Source: Eledone cirrhosa
Taxonomy: Eukaryota
Assembly (NCBI GenBank): GCA_964016885.1
Contig: OZ024750.1
Coordinates: 48,484,001 to 48,548,000 of the forward strand
Length of the DNA stretch: 64,000 nt
Reading direction: 5' to 3'
Shown piece after piece: positions 13,884 to 28,330 of the stretch; the first letter of the stretch is position 1; every line of letters begins with the position of its first letter. Made by a program: the position numbers and the translations under genes. A model generated the notes under the pieces. That model was given only the letters and a program-made list of their open reading frames with translations, had not been told where the DNA came from and did no database searches.

Positions 13884-14061
13884 AATATATAAACAACTAT
13901 CTGGTTGTGGAACCAACCAACCAGAAATTTAATTTATAAATTCCTAAATTTATAAATGTATTATAATGAATTGAAGTGAAAGCAATTGGTGCGTGTGTTT
14001 CTTATTGGCAACATGACCCTCCCAAAGTATAACAGTATTTTACATATATATATATATATTC

Positions 14062-14120
<59 letters not shown>

Positions 14121-14179
14121 TGTGTTTAGAAAAAGTGTCAGGACCTCGACGGCTGAGCTGCGGCCGTTTCGACAGTTAG

Positions 14180-14574
14180 ATCTTAAATAATTGTTTCTAC
14201 AATAGGCACAAGGCCAGCAAGTATACCAATGTATTACTGGTACTTTATTGTATCGACCTCAGTTAAGATGAAAGGCAAAGTTAACCTCGACGGGATTTGA
14301 ACTCAGAACGGCAAGGGCCGTTCTGAGTTCAGATCTCGTCGAGGTTAACTTTGCCTATCACCCTAAGTTAGATCTTAAATAATTGTTTCTACTTTTGGCA
14401 CAAGGCCATCAATTATCCCAGTGCATTGCTGGTACTTTATTTTATCGACCCCGTAAGGATGACAGGCAAAGTCAACCTCGGCGGGATTTGAACTCAGATC
14501 GTAAAGGGACGTAACTATGCTGGAAAGCATGGTGTCTGACCCTCTACCGATACTGCCAATCCATCTTAAATAAT
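14180..14574 (-). mobile_element. tRNA-derived SINE (family S1): truncated copy, short inversion and full copy
   Basis: B-box gagttcaaatccc, central ctttgcctttcatcc..ggggtcgataaaataaagtaccag; atcttaaataat repeated at about 14180, 14372 and 14563. Confidence 0.85.
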
Positions 14575-16150
14575 GCTTCATAGATATGTGTTTCAATTGC
14601 TTTAAATATTTCTTCTTTTCACGGCAACAATACTTCCTTATCTTGTCCATATGGGAAGCAATTGAGATCTAACTTCCAGTGAATTGTGTAGAATATATTC
14701 CTATATTCCCTTTCCATCACACATTTTTCTCTATTTTTGTCAAATTTACATTTTCAATATGTTCTACAATAAAATATGCTTCATGAACATATTGAGTATT
14801 TTAATTATCAGCACGATGCACACTATTATATCTCTTATTGTTATTTTTGTTTACATCGGTTCGTTTTGATAACCACGCTCTTCTTCATTATGACTGTCTT
14901 GATTATCAATTTTAATGAGTTCCGTTATTTTGAGAGTCTAGGATGTTATTTTCGGTATATTTCACTATTAATACTTATAGAAAATACGGCATTATCACCT
15001 ACGTTTTGTACCTACATTCATGATTATTCATTATTATTCATAATTTACCTATCCTGGAATGTTCCTGAATAGCGAACGTGTAATCTATTTGCATTAATCA
15101 TTCTTGAAATTATGTTTTATTGATACATTCGATAGTTTAGTAGACATTTGGTAGTTTAAAGAGCATTGTTATTTAAATTGATCTGGCACTCTCATTTCAG
15201 ACATCAAATGCTGCTGACGTAAACTTTGCCTTACACCTACTCGTTGTCGATAACAAATATGTTACAGCAGACATGGTGGATTGGGCAAATTATTGAATAA
15301 ATATTGGTCATGTTTTAATTCGTCGTACGAACATTTTCTGTGCATTCGTAGTTCAAAGCTTGCCTCCACCTCCCCAAATGTACTAAGACTTTAGATATAC
15401 AGTAACTGTGATTATTAATAAAAAACATATTCTCCTTCACTGCTGGGTCCCATCTTTACCTTCGCCTTTACGGATATTTGGGAGTTCCAGAAATTATTAG
15501 GCGCAAGAAATACTCCAAAATTTCTGTACGTGTTCTGAGATAATGTTATATTTTGAACAATATGCGACATGGGAGATTCTTTAGAACGTCGATGTATTAC
15601 ATTGTGTTCTTTATACAGGCTTTATGGGCATTCTATGTTTAATTACCACCATATTTAAAATGTTATTTCATCATTTCGAGGTCGATAACAAATATCACTC
15701 CAGTACAGGAGTCAACTTTTCCTCTATGTATCTTGCTCAGTTGTTCTATATTATTCTATATCTGTCAATCTCTTAACCAAATCAACAATTATGAGACCTG
15801 GTGAGTGATGGCTGCCACCAAGTATGCAATGGTCAGCACACTCTGTAAGTCACTACGGCGCCTCTACGACACCATCTAGTCCATACATACATACATAATA
15901 ATTCATATATGGTTTAGGTAATGGAGTTTTACAAAATAAGTTTTAAAGGATAATATGTCAAAGCATACACAATTTATAAAGAGATAATTATATTTTTTAA
16001 GAGTAGAATGTCTCTATAACAGTCAATATGTCGCGCTGTTAATGGCCGAAATAAAATATTTATTCCATGACACTCATACACATGAAACCACAGAGAGAGA
16101 CACACAAACATATACAGAAAGACAAACAAACACACACATATATAATAATG

Positions 16151-16234
<84 letters not shown>

Positions 16235-16333
16235 AAAAGAAAGTGTAATATAAATAAATATATATATATATATATATACAAAAAGAAGGTGTTATCTATA
16301 TATATACATAAAGAAAATTGTTCAGATTAACAC

Positions 16334-16368
<35 letters not shown>

Positions 16369-17309
16369 CTACATACATATATGCATATAAAAGTGCATAC
16401 ATGTGTGTGTGTGCACGCAGTTGTATGAGTGTGTGAATGTGCGTCCGTTAATATATCAGACTGATAAAAATAAACATCTGAATATATTCGCAATTTAAAT
16501 AGCTATTGATTAAATTTAGTTGCACCAAATTTTAGTGTTGTCTATAAAGTATTGTCTATTTAGTATTGTGTAAAAGACACCGCTATTATTAGCATAAAAA
16601 ATGTAATGACCACCATATTTGATATTAATGATTTTTTTGTTTGGTTTATTTGAAGATATTAATAGGCGTAGGAAGAAGAATAAATGAAAGGAAATACGTG
16701 AATATGTAATTTAATTAAGTTATAATGCCCATTTTTAATATATTTAATGTAAGTGGACGCTACACCCTCCCCATATACGACTTACAAAGATATACTCATA
16801 CAGACATTCACACACACATAGTTACACCCCCACATATACACATACACACACACATATATATATATATAGCGAGAGAGAGTGAGAGAGAAAGAGCGAGAGA
16901 GAGAGAGAGTTAGACAGAGAGAGAGACGTGTGTGTAATCATTGATCAAATGTAGGTTCTTGATATTGATATAGTTCATTATTTGCAGACCATTACTGCGA
17001 TATCAAAATTATAATCGATATATTATTGAGTTCGTTATCAGGTCCGGGCGAGATATTGAGGACGAAATAATGAGACATGCAGACATTTAGACAGAGTAAC
17101 AATCAAGCTCAGTGTATGAAAACTTTTCCAGCCCATGCTTTAATACGTCACCTTTTTTATATGCTTATGTGTCAATCAATCTGAATCTGTAACATACATA
17201 ATTATATATTTCCTCTCTGTGCTCTCCTATATGTGACATAAGTTCGTACCAAATATCTCGAGCACAATGGATTTACATAATGGGTATCGGGTCGTATGAA
17301 ACGCTTTGC

Positions 17310-17465
17310 GTTATTTCTAAGTTCAAATTCCGCCGAGGTTAACTTCGCCTCTCATCTTTATGAGGTAGATAAAATCATGTAACAGTAATGCACTGGGGTT
17401 GAATTCATCGATTACCCCTTCTCCCAAAATTGCTACCTTTTGCCCCAAAGTAGAAACAATTATTT
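17310..17465 (+). mobile_element. SINE S1, diverged copy
   Basis: agttcaaattccgccgaggttaacttcgcctctcatc...aaagtagaaacaattattt. Confidence 0.7.
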
Positions 17466-19029
17466 ATTTAATGCTATGTAGTTCTAGGCTTCAACTCTGG
17501 TCAACATTGCGTTCCCACCATAAAATGTCGAGAAAGTAAAATACCAGTATATAAACTCCGACAAACTCGACTTTCAATTTCGTACCCAATTCACATTTCC
17601 TTGAGCCAGGCTCGATTGTATACATTTACGTGCCTTGGAGGTTGTGATAAATATAAAATTACCCATAACCATACGAAGAAATTAATTGGCTTATCTACGA
17701 ATTACCAAAATAATTTAATTCCTTAAATCCATATCTAACCACCGAACATCCATTAATACATTAATTAAAACGGGGATGGCTAAACTATTTTCGAATTGAG
17801 TTTCTAATATTGCTCCTCTTTGAGCCATTACTGACTATAAATGCATGAAAATTGCTCTCATACATGCCATACTTCAATTTAATTTGTAAAGTTTGATTTG
17901 TAAACAAGTCCAGCCAACGAACAGGATTTTGCCGATATGTATTCTTCTTTTCGGAGGAATTTATCAAAATCGATCATAATGTCACCTACATACATGATAG
18001 ATATTATAACTTCTGTCAGTAAAACAATATGCCTTTATTCATCTAAGATGTTTTTTCCCTGAAAATACATTTGCATTTTTTTAATGATTATTAATAATTT
18101 CGCAAACTCATCTAGAGGAAGAAAATAAACTAAATAATTCATGTAAAAATAGATAGAATATAATTACAGAATTTGAAAGAAGATAGAAAATGACAATCAT
18201 GGTGGTATTGTTGAAAAAATGGAACCCTATTTTACTTTAGACACTAAACTTTATTGCGTGGGAATCCCCATGCAAAATAGTCTAGTGCATGGGAATTCAT
18301 CATGCTTAATGTATGCCGAATTATTGACGCTAACACATTCTTATACAGAATTTACATCTTGAATATGTTATATTTCGAATGTACTATAGCAAAAGCAAAT
18401 TATCAAACACATCTTTCTATTCAAAAGGTGCTATAAAAAATCATTGAAACACGTAGCCATTGTGTCAATTGACACAGTGTTGTCTGATTTATTATAAATC
18501 CTCCACTTATTACCGTTAGAGACCACGTAATGTTCTTGAAAGTCTATTTGTAGACATTTTTCTTTAGGTATACTTATCATATAAGATTGTAAGAAAATGA
18601 TTTCCTTTTCTACGAATACGATGCGTACATCTTATCATTTGTTACAGCTTCATTATTAGCATCTAAATGAAAGCTAGTGTGCCTCAGTTCAAGCCGAGCG
18701 TAGTTTTCCTTTCAGATAAGCATTGCGATATGAATGCTTTATTTGGTAATACATACATACAATATATTACTTTAACACTGCATGCAACAGTCTCATTATG
18801 TGTTGATCATATTGTTTCCTGCTTATGTTGTCAGTAGATGCAACATTCAGAATAATTTGTGATACTTCTCTATTGTGGTTTCATGAATAATCATACACAG
18901 ACGCCACTTATGTATATTAGATATATATGTATATATATATATATATATAATATATATATATATATGTGTATGTGCGTGTGTGTTTATGTATATATATATA
19001 TATACATACATATATGTGTTTATATATAT

Positions 19030-19779
19030 ATATATACGAAAAAATGGGGAGAAGAATACTGCAGGTTGCACATGGATAACATGTTATAAAATGAGTCCCT
19101 CATCAGTGATTTGCCAACGGTCATTGGTATTTCATTGCATTAAAAATCATATACCTCACGTTGGTGCAATAATAACTAAATTAAGTTATTAGGACAATTA
19201 AAACGCGTAAAGCGAGTGAGACAAGTAAACAACAAAGAGGAAAGCTAACCGTAGATGGGAAAAGACACAAGCTACATAGTTATTCTATCAGTATAAGCTC
19301 GGTGAATATATGAGCGCGTAGAAATTAGACCTTTCGAGATGAATCCAATGTAAGAAAGAAGGAAATTGTTTTCGTCGCGAACGGGGTGGAGTGAGAAGGG
19401 GAGAAACAGTGAGTGAGTGAGTGGAAGTGTGAGGAAGAGGTCAGTAGAGAGAAAGTGTTAACTGCCATGACAGAGAGGACGAAATAAAGTAAGAGAAACA
19501 GAGAGAACGAGGGAGCAGTAAGAGAGAGAGAGAGAAAAACAGAATCGCAGTTTAGGTAAATATATGTGAAAAATGGGGAGTGGAATACTGCAGGTTGCAC
19601 ATAGATAACATGTTATTAAATGAGTCCCTCATCAGTGATTTGCCAACGATCATAGATATTTCATTGCATTAAAAATCTTATACCTCACGTCGGTGCAATA
19701 ATAACTAAATTAAGTTATTAGGACAATTAAAACGCGTAAAGCGAGTGAGACAAGTAAACAACAAAGAGGAAAGCTAACC
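19030..19779. repeat. Direct duplication of a ~220-bp unclassified segment
   Basis: 19038-19250 nearly identical to 19568-19779 (gaaaaatggggag...gaaagctaacc). Confidence 0.85.
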
Positions 19780-21045
19780 TCGATGCTGCGAACATTGTAG
19801 CCTCCGTCGGTGACGTGCGGTCCATTCTCCGCCAGGTTCAGGTGACCCCCAAAGAGGATGTCTTCATCCTCGGGTCACCGAACCACCCGCCGGCCATCCG
19901 CTCCACCATCAAGTCCAGGCTTCAACAGCTCCAGACTCTCACGAGCCGACTGGGCTTGATTGACGGCCACCCAGCTCTCTTTCTGCTGAGGAACTGCTTT
20001 GCCCTGCCAAAGCTGCTCTATAAACTCCGCAGCGCTCCGTGCTACACTCAGACATCTCTCCTCGCTGACCTCGATACTTGTATCCGAGCAGCACACGAGG
20101 AGATATGCCACGTCAAGTTTGACGACATAGGGTGGCAACAGGCCTCTTTACCTGTCAGATATGGCGGCCTTGGCCTCCGGTCCCCGATCCCACTAGCTTT
20201 GCCGGCGTATGTTTCGTCAGAACCATGTGCCACGCACTCGTCAGCCGGGTTCTTCAAAACAAAAAGAGAACCCTCTGTGTTCAGAGAACGTGAGGCCGCC
20301 TGTGAAACGTTGGACCGGCTGGGACGTAGCCCAGTAGACGTCCCTCCACCTTCTCTCCCTGTTTACGTCAAGTCCACCCAACGCTATTGGGATGCGATCC
20401 AGTGCAGCCTGGCCTCAGACAGGCCCACGCTCCAGCTCGACCAGCACCGCCTTGCTTGTATTGGTGCGGCCTCCAAACCCCAGAGTGGTGCCTGACTCCA
20501 TGGCCTCCACTCTTTCTCCACTGACACGCACCTAGACAACCATAGCGAGCGCATCGCCGTTTCCCTGAGTCTCGGCCTCTGGATCTGCCAGCCATACCAA
20601 TGTCGCTGCGGTTCCACCGTGGAATCTTTCGGCCTCCACCCGCTTTGCTCTCGCCACAGTGCCGGCCGCATTCCACGCCATGCTGCCCTCAACAAGGTCA
20701 TTAAGCATGTCTTGGACGCTGCAGGCTTTCCTTCGCAGCTCAAGCCGGTAACGCTGGAACGAAGGAACAGAAGAAGGCCAGATGGCATGACCATCTTCCC
20801 GTTCCGCGGTGGCAAACCCTCGTCTGGGATGCCATTTCCATCGATATTTTCTGCAGCCTCAACCTGGTGCAGTCTGCGACTGACCCAGGTTCTGCTGCAC
20901 GTCGGGCTGAGGGGGCCAAACTCCTCAAATACCGGTAACTCTCCGACAGGTTTATGGTCGTACCCTTGGCAATGGAGTCTTCTGGTGTCCTCGGCCCCAG
21001 GGCTACTTCCTTACTCACCACCATAGGCGCCGAGCTGGCCAGCCG
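19780..21045 (+). pseudogene. Fragment of a CRE-like non-LTR retrotransposon (RT C-terminus, zinc knuckle, restriction-like endonuclease)
   Basis: LLRNCFALPKLLY.LRS, WQQASLPVRYGGLGLR, C.CG....FGLHPLC, GRIPRHAALN, RRPDG.T.FP..GK..WD, KY...F.VVPLAMESSGVLGP; stops and frameshifts; GC-rich. Confidence 0.85.
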
Positions 21046-21047
21046 CA

Positions 21048-21190
21048 TGTGTTTTGTGGAGACATTCCCTGGCAATGAACAGAAAAAACGAACATAATAC
21101 GTCATTATGTGGACGATGAGAACAATTACACGCAAATACATAACTAGGTTTATGGTATAACTGAAGTCATAGACTAAATTTCTATTTAGG
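21048..21190. repeat. Unclassified dispersed repeat, also at 41140-41330
   Basis: ttccctggcaa.gaac.g.aaaaa...ataatacg.catt...caattacacgcaaa.aca...gtttatggtataa. Confidence 0.7.
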
Positions 21191-21867
21191 AAACCGAATG
21201 ATTCTCGGCTTCAGAGTTGAGGATAATGTAAATAAATTACATAGGTTATTGAAATCAACAATAATTAAATATATACATGCACACATCCAAATACGTACAT
21301 ACACATGCATACGTGAAAACACCCGCCATGGGTATGCAAATACAGGCACGTAGACGAAAACGCGCGCACACAAACAAACATCTACGCAACGCCTATACCC
21401 GAACACATACGAACGTATACATGGAATACACATAAACTTATATAAAAAATATATAAAAAAATACATATACATGTGTGTATGTGTGTGCGCGTTTACATAT
21501 AATTATATACACGTATATAAATATACACACATAAATATGAATATAACGTGCGCACACATACATGCAAATACACGTATTTTTGCTAAACGAACGTCAACCA
21601 AAACAAAAGTGCACATATAGACGCACCCTACATACGTGCAAACCTGGATACACACAGAAACGCTAAACTCTGGTGCAATTGCTTGAAAAAGGTTTATTAT
21701 ACTATGATCATTTCAGAGACCGGGTTCAGTATAAATCTGGGGACATCATCGGGTATTCTAAATTTAACAAAGGAATATAATAGACAAAATCCATGTGGCT
21801 GAAAAGCAGAGACATGAGGGTGGCCGAACATGTAGCAGCTTCTATCCCGGTCAGTTTCCAGTTATTT

Positions 21868-21953
<86 letters not shown>

Positions 21954-22254
21954 ATTTGTATATATATACATATAAAATAATTAAGTCAAATATATAAAAT
22001 TTGGCTTCGTTTATTATAAATTATAGATATACTGCTATATATATTCGGTGACAGCCATCATTGGCTGTGCCCTCTTCAGCCACTCTGAATTAGTGTGAGA
22101 AAGACAGGTACACATGTTGTTGAAGTGTATTTTACTGCGTCAATACATCGATATGTCCAGCTCCTGGTTGTGTTGTTATTTCTCTGATGAAGTGGAATCA
22201 CACTGAAACCAACCTGCGTACTTCTTCGAGTGCTCCAATCAACATACACTCAAA

Positions 22255-22329
<75 letters not shown>

Positions 22330-23228
22330 TGTATGTATGTGGGTGTGGGTGCGTGAGACCGTGTGTGTGGAAATATATGATAGATTGTGTCGAAATACAT
22401 ATATATGTTCCGTACCACACAGTCAATAATCAAATATTATGATCAAAGTCTTGACAGAGGAATGAAATAAAAGTTCAAATAGATGTGAATATTCAATTCT
22501 ATTCTTTTGATTACATGTATCCAACGTTTCAAACAACCGGATTTAGTACTTTCCATAGAAAATATATAAAACCATTCCGAATATAATCTCCGAAATTATA
22601 GTGCGTCCTTAATTTCGACATTAATGTATGCTGTATTTACATAATGGAATAAATGTAATTTACATATGATTAATTTTTGACTAATGTTTATGTAATATAT
22701 TATAATTACTGTCAGATAAGTGTTATTATTATTTTTATTGTTGTTGTTGTTTTTGATATTGACGTTGATGTTGTTGTTATTGTCGTTGTTACATCATCTA
22801 CTAACAATCACATTTTATGATCAACTGGAGGAATTTAGATTGTGTTAACTGAAACACTAATTATTGTGTAACGACGTGCAAACTAGTAGCGAATTACAAG
22901 ATGGCAGCAAGTGCAATGATGGCTCCCAAAGCTTATTTAATTGTAAAAGAGAAGAAAGTGATAAAACTGGAAAATGTAAAATTAATGAACTTAATTTATG
23001 AATGATGTAATATCAATAAGGTAGTATAGAAATTCCATTTCATCTAAGAGATGAAATAGAATAATACACTTTCATTGCACGTTCATCTACATTTTAATTA
23101 CAGAAATATGTAAGTATGCACACACACACACACACACATATATATTTATATATATTATATATATATATATATATCAAATAAGTTAAAGCGAAGTAGTTTT
23201 AGATGTTCAAGTCCTTTAATAATAATGG

Positions 23229-23571
23229 TGTGATATATATTTCAATGACGACACTGGCCACACTGTTCTGTGTGCGAGTGTTGTGACATCATCAGACAGC
23301 TTGTTACATAATAAGTTATGTTTCCGAGGCAATCCAAGTTGAATCGACATTGGAACGGACGTGCGCCTGCGCAGATCGATGGGGTGAATTGGTACTCACA
23401 GGGGAACGGATGAAGAACCCAAAAGCACACATTTCCTCCGTTCCCATGTCGTCTCAACTTGGATTGCCTCGGAAACATAAACTTATATGTAACAAGCTGT
23501 CTGATGATGTCACGACACTCGCACACAGAACAGTGTGGCCAGTGTCGCCATTGAAATATATATCACAGCTT
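23229..23571. repeat. ~340-bp palindromic element with a hammerhead in each arm
   Basis: 23230-23360 is the reverse complement of 23435-23567. Confidence 0.9.
23494..23571 (+). ncRNA. Type I hammerhead ribozyme (mirror copy 23229-23302, minus strand)
   Basis: Stem I AAGCUGU/ACAGCUU (7 bp), CUGAUGA 23501-23507, stem II CGACACU/AGUGUCG + CACAC/GUGUG, GAAA 23553-23556, UAUAUA, AUC triplet. Confidence 0.8.
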
Positions 23572-23574
23572 TAT

Positions 23575-23675
23575 GTTGACTTTGCCTTTCATCCTTACAT
23601 GGTCGATAAAATAAAGTACCAGTAATGCACTGGGTAATTGCTGGCCTTGTGCCTAAAGTAGAAACAATTATTATT
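23575..23675 (+). mobile_element. SINE S1 3' half
   Basis: gttgactttgcctttcatcc...ggtcgataaaataaagtaccag...ggccttgtgcctaaagtagaaacaattatt. Confidence 0.85.
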
Positions 23676-24120
23676 AAAGGACTTGATTATCTGAAAGTAC
23701 TTCGCTTTTACTTATTCGATATTTACTCCGTCACTCCTATGTGGAAAAGTACGTTGAGTGCATGAATTGAATTGCATCAATGTTTAACCTAAGTACATAT
23801 ATATATATAATTTCTTAAATAAATATAGAGATACCCTGAAAAAAACTATCCCGGAAGCTCCAACCGTTAAGGTTGTCTTTTTTCAGAGGATGTCAATATT
23901 TATTTATAAAACTAATCTGTCTTGTATTTTATCTGATGAAAGCGCACCATAATTGGCCTTGGTGGTCCTTGAAATATGTATAACAAAATAAATATGGTTT
24001 TATAAATACAGTTTCCATTTGTTAATATATTGTTTATTTACTCCAATAATTTGTTGAGTGCTTTATATGATTTATAAATGTGTTTTTAAGCTTGTTGTAT
24101 CCCAATATATTAAATATAAC

Positions 24121-24162
<42 letters not shown>

Positions 24163-24170
24163 GTATACAA

Positions 24171-24203
<33 letters not shown>

Positions 24204-24259
24204 GGAAAAAGTAGGACCCCGACTTTTGACAAATCCTTGTGACAATCATATATGGAATT

Positions 24260-24355
24260 ACCCCCTGAGAAGCTTGGCTATTCAAATACCGCGATAAAAA
24301 TGTTCATCTAGTTCAGAATTAGCCATCGAAAGAGCTTGATCTCAGCCGTCGGGGT
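24260..24355 (+). ncRNA. Hammerhead-like motif with long stem II and a degenerate core; family also at about 42390-42435 and 44945-45145
   Basis: Stem I ACCCC/GGGGU, CUGAGAA, UGGCUA/UAGCCA, GAAA 24328-24331, stem III (family consensus CGGCU/AGCCG), GUC. Confidence 0.55.
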
Positions 24356-24447
24356 CCTACTTGTTCCTATTACCCACTGTACTACCGTAAGTATTGAGTA
24401 CTTTGGTGCGTTATGGTCCACATGGTTCCTTACCACATTTCCTTCGT

Positions 24448-24515
<68 letters not shown>

Positions 24516-24911
24516 GAGGTTATATTTACTTTTTGGGGATACAGAAAGCCTAAAATATTTTTTTAACTAATATAAAGCACTCAACAAATTATTGGAGTGA
24601 ATATACAGTATATTAACAAATGGAAATTATATTTATAAGATCATATTTATAAATATATATATATACATATATATCCATACATATATATATATATATATAT
24701 ACATATGTATATATATATGTATATGTATATATATATCTATGCATATATATGTATATATATGAGACTAAACGTGCTGCGTGGTTGAAATGGGTTACATATG
24801 AATAAAGTGGTCAATCATCTTCCAACCCTCAACGGTATTTCTTCGCTTTAAACCGAAGTAATACCGATGATGGTTGGAAGATCACTGATGAAGGATCACT
24901 TTATTCATATA

Positions 24912-24990
<79 letters not shown>

Positions 24991-25458
24991 GCAAAAGTTT
25001 TATATAAAATTGTTGGGTTACAACAAGTAAATATTTTATAACTGATATAAAGCACTCGACAAGTTTTGGAGTAGATATACGATATTAAACAAATGGAAAC
25101 TATATTTATAAAACCATATTTATTTCATTATACATATTTCGGGGATACCATATTAAATCTCTCAATTTGTATGATTAAATCTCTAAACCTCTCAATTTGT
25201 ATGATGAATTACTATTATTCATCTGTTGCCTCAGCTGCCTCTCTTTTGTCACCTCCTCACTATTTCTCTCTCCCCTATCTCTCTCTATTTCTCTCTGTTT
25301 TTCTTTACATACATTTCTAATTTTTCTCCGTCTTTCTTGTTTAACTGTGCTTAACACTAAATATTTATAAACATCTCACTACCAAACCAGCTTCTTACAT
25401 AACGGTTGGTCAATATTTATGGTACGTCAAAATTATTTATAGAACTGTTTATATATTG

Positions 25459-25524
25459 TATTTTATCTGAAGAAGGCATGCCATATTTTTAATATGGTAT
25501 CCCCGAAATATGTATAATGAAATA
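25459..25524 (+). ncRNA. Type I hammerhead ribozyme (paralogue at 23925-23990)
   Basis: Stem I UAUUUUAU/AUGAAAUA, CUGAAGA 25467-25473, stem II AUGCCAUAUU/AAUAUGGUAU, GAAA 25505-25508, UAUGUA, AUA triplet. Confidence 0.7.
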
Positions 25525-25563
25525 AATATGGTTTTATAAATATAGTTTCCATTTGTTTAATAT

Positions 25564-25701
<138 letters not shown>

Positions 25702-25890
25702 ATGCATACATATATATATATATATATATGCAGAGGTTATATTCAATTTGTTGGGATACAGAAAGCGTAAAAATATTTTATAACTGATATAAAGCACTCA
25801 ACAAATTATTGCAGTGAATATACAATATATTAACAAATGGAAATTATATTTATAAAATCATATTTATAAATATATATATACATATATATC

Positions 25891-25965
<75 letters not shown>

Positions 25966-26208
25966 GTATATATATATATATGTATATGTATATGTATATA
26001 TATATATATGTATATATATGTATATATATGTATATATATGTATATATATATATGAGAATAAACGTGCTTTCGTAGTTGCAAATGGGTTACATATGAATAA
26101 AGTGCTCCTTCATCAGTGATTTTACAACTCTCAACGGTATTTCTTCGCTTTAAAGCGAAGTAATACCGTAGCTGGCTGGAAGATCACTGATGAACGACTA
26201 CTTTATTC

Positions 26209-26355
<147 letters not shown>

Positions 26356-26393
26356 TATATATGTATATATATGTATATATATACATATATATG

Positions 26394-26451
<58 letters not shown>

Positions 26452-26455
26452 TAAA

Positions 26456-27399
26456 AAATGAAAGGTATAGAAATTGTTTTAGCGAGAAACTAATAGTATT
26501 CTATAACATATATGCGACTATGTCCTCAAGATGGGAAAAGTAGTTAACGTAAGATTTAGGAAAAATAATTCAAACTTATCTCTAAAGAGAATCAGGTTAC
26601 AAATTCATCCACAGAATTTAATGAAATCCAGGGAAAAATCAATAGACATTTAACTCATGATAAAATAAAGTTTAAAATACTTATCCTTCAATTTGGAAAA
26701 ACATCACATGCTCTGTATATTCTTAAATACTATTTCATGAAAACTTCCAGTGGAGATGGTGACGGTTGGATTCCAATCGTCAGCAGGGCTCAACAGATAA
26801 CCAGGGCTACCACAGATTTATAAGCCAAAAAGGGAAATCTAAAACTGGCTAGTTCACCATCATGCGTGATCATGAAAAACGCTCTTGAGAAAAAACGGGA
26901 CTAGTGACGTCAGGATGAAAATGAATGTTTATTTACAAGAAATAACAGCCAAATACATTATGAAAAAAACTCTACAAAAGGAGTTCAGCAAAATAGCAAT
27001 AATTATCGCAGTTTTTATAAAAAAACCGGGATTAGTCACATATAATTTAAGCACTCTAGGAAAAGAATCCGAGTATAAGTATAAATGAAAGGTATAGAAA
27101 TTGTTTTAGCGAGAAGCTAATAGTATTCTATAACATATATGCTTCTATATCGTCAAGATGGGAAAAGTAGTTAACGTAAGATTTAGGAAAAATAATTCAA
27201 ACTCACTCAAAAGAGAATCAGGATACAAATTCATCGACAGAATTTAGTGAAATCCAGGGAAAAATCAATAGACCCTTAACTCATGATAAAATAAATTTTA
27301 AAATACTTATCCTTCAATTTGGAAAAACATCAAATGCTCTGTATAGTCTTAAAGTCTATTTCATGAAAACTTTCAGTGGAGATGTTCACGGTTGGATTT

Positions 27400-27402
<3 letters not shown>
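26456..27402. repeat. 1.5 tandem copies of a ~627-bp non-coding unit inside (TA)n
   Basis: 26456-26776 repeated at 27083-27402. Confidence 0.9.
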
Positions 27403-27489
<87 letters not shown>

Positions 27490-27623
27490 ATATATATATA
27501 TATATATACATATGTATATATATATATATATATATGTATGCATATATGTGTATATATATATATGTGTATATATGTGTATATATATATATGTGTATATATA
27601 TATTTATAAATATGGTTTTATAA

Positions 27624-27662
<39 letters not shown>

Positions 27663-27791
27663 TATTTATAAATATGGTTTTATAAATATAATTTCCAGGA
27701 AGTAAAATATATTTCTTTCCTTTTTTTGTTTCTCTATCTCTTTTTTCTGGGTTAGAAAATGATTAAAACGAACTGTTTTACTTTGTTTGAA

Positions 27792-27881
<90 letters not shown>

Positions 27882-27936
27882 TTATATATATACACACATA
27901 TATATATATATATATATATAAATAGGTATATATATT

Positions 27937-27989
<53 letters not shown>

Positions 27990-27991
<2 letters not shown>

Positions 27992-28330
27992 GGTAAAGTG
28001 TAATGACTTCCTTCGGTCGTGAATGACCAAGGAATTTGCACCTAGGAACCCCTCTTTCGCGGCGCAGGTCCGTTCAAGGTTGTTTGTGGAAGACCAGCAG
28101 TCACCCATGTATAGAAATACCCCTTCTCCACGCCACATATGTTGCCTAAGGGAAATACAAAGGCTGATACAGATTGGCCCCAGTAACATCTCACCCCGTA
28201 TCTATCGCTGAGTAAACTGGAGCAATAATAAGTGCATTGCTCAAGAAGACAACGCATCACCCGGTAGCAGAATCGAACCCTCAACCTCAAGATAGCAAAC
28301 GCAACGTCCTAGCAACTAACCCATTCGCTT
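27990..28330 (-). mobile_element. tRNA-derived SINE (family S2)
   Basis: Minus strand head gcgaatgggttagttgctagg...gagggttcgattc (A/B boxes), then cttgagcaatgcactt...gctccagtttactcagc; 3' end at (TA)n. Confidence 0.7.

Larger units (their letters stand above)
12135..14040 (+). mobile_element. 5'-truncated Penelope-like retroelement (PLE-3), tail ends at (TA)n(TG)n
   Basis: RT/EN frames 12291-13639, HHR at 13841-13883, terminus atgaccctcccaaagtataaca shared with 33870-33890 and 34877-34899. Confidence 0.9.

Noticed and set aside
17785-17990. Possible host exon on the minus strand (tag|GT GAC ATT ATG, GDIMI...)
   Set aside because: Frame closes after about 35 codons, no convincing donor and no recognisable domain
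22184-22215. CUGAUGA-AGUG-gaauca-CACU-GAAA half hammerhead
   Set aside because: No stem III, NUH or stem I partner follows; at best a truncated relic
26055-26120. CUGAUGA...GAAA on the minus strand
   Set aside because: Stems I and II do not pair convincingly
26725-26755. Candidate HHR in the 627-bp unit (minus strand CUGGAAG/CUGAAAG...GAAA)
   Set aside because: Core does not fit CUGANGA in either copy and stems are absent
28270-28330. tRNA-like sequence
   Set aside because: A/B boxes belong to a SINE head; no complete cloverleaf
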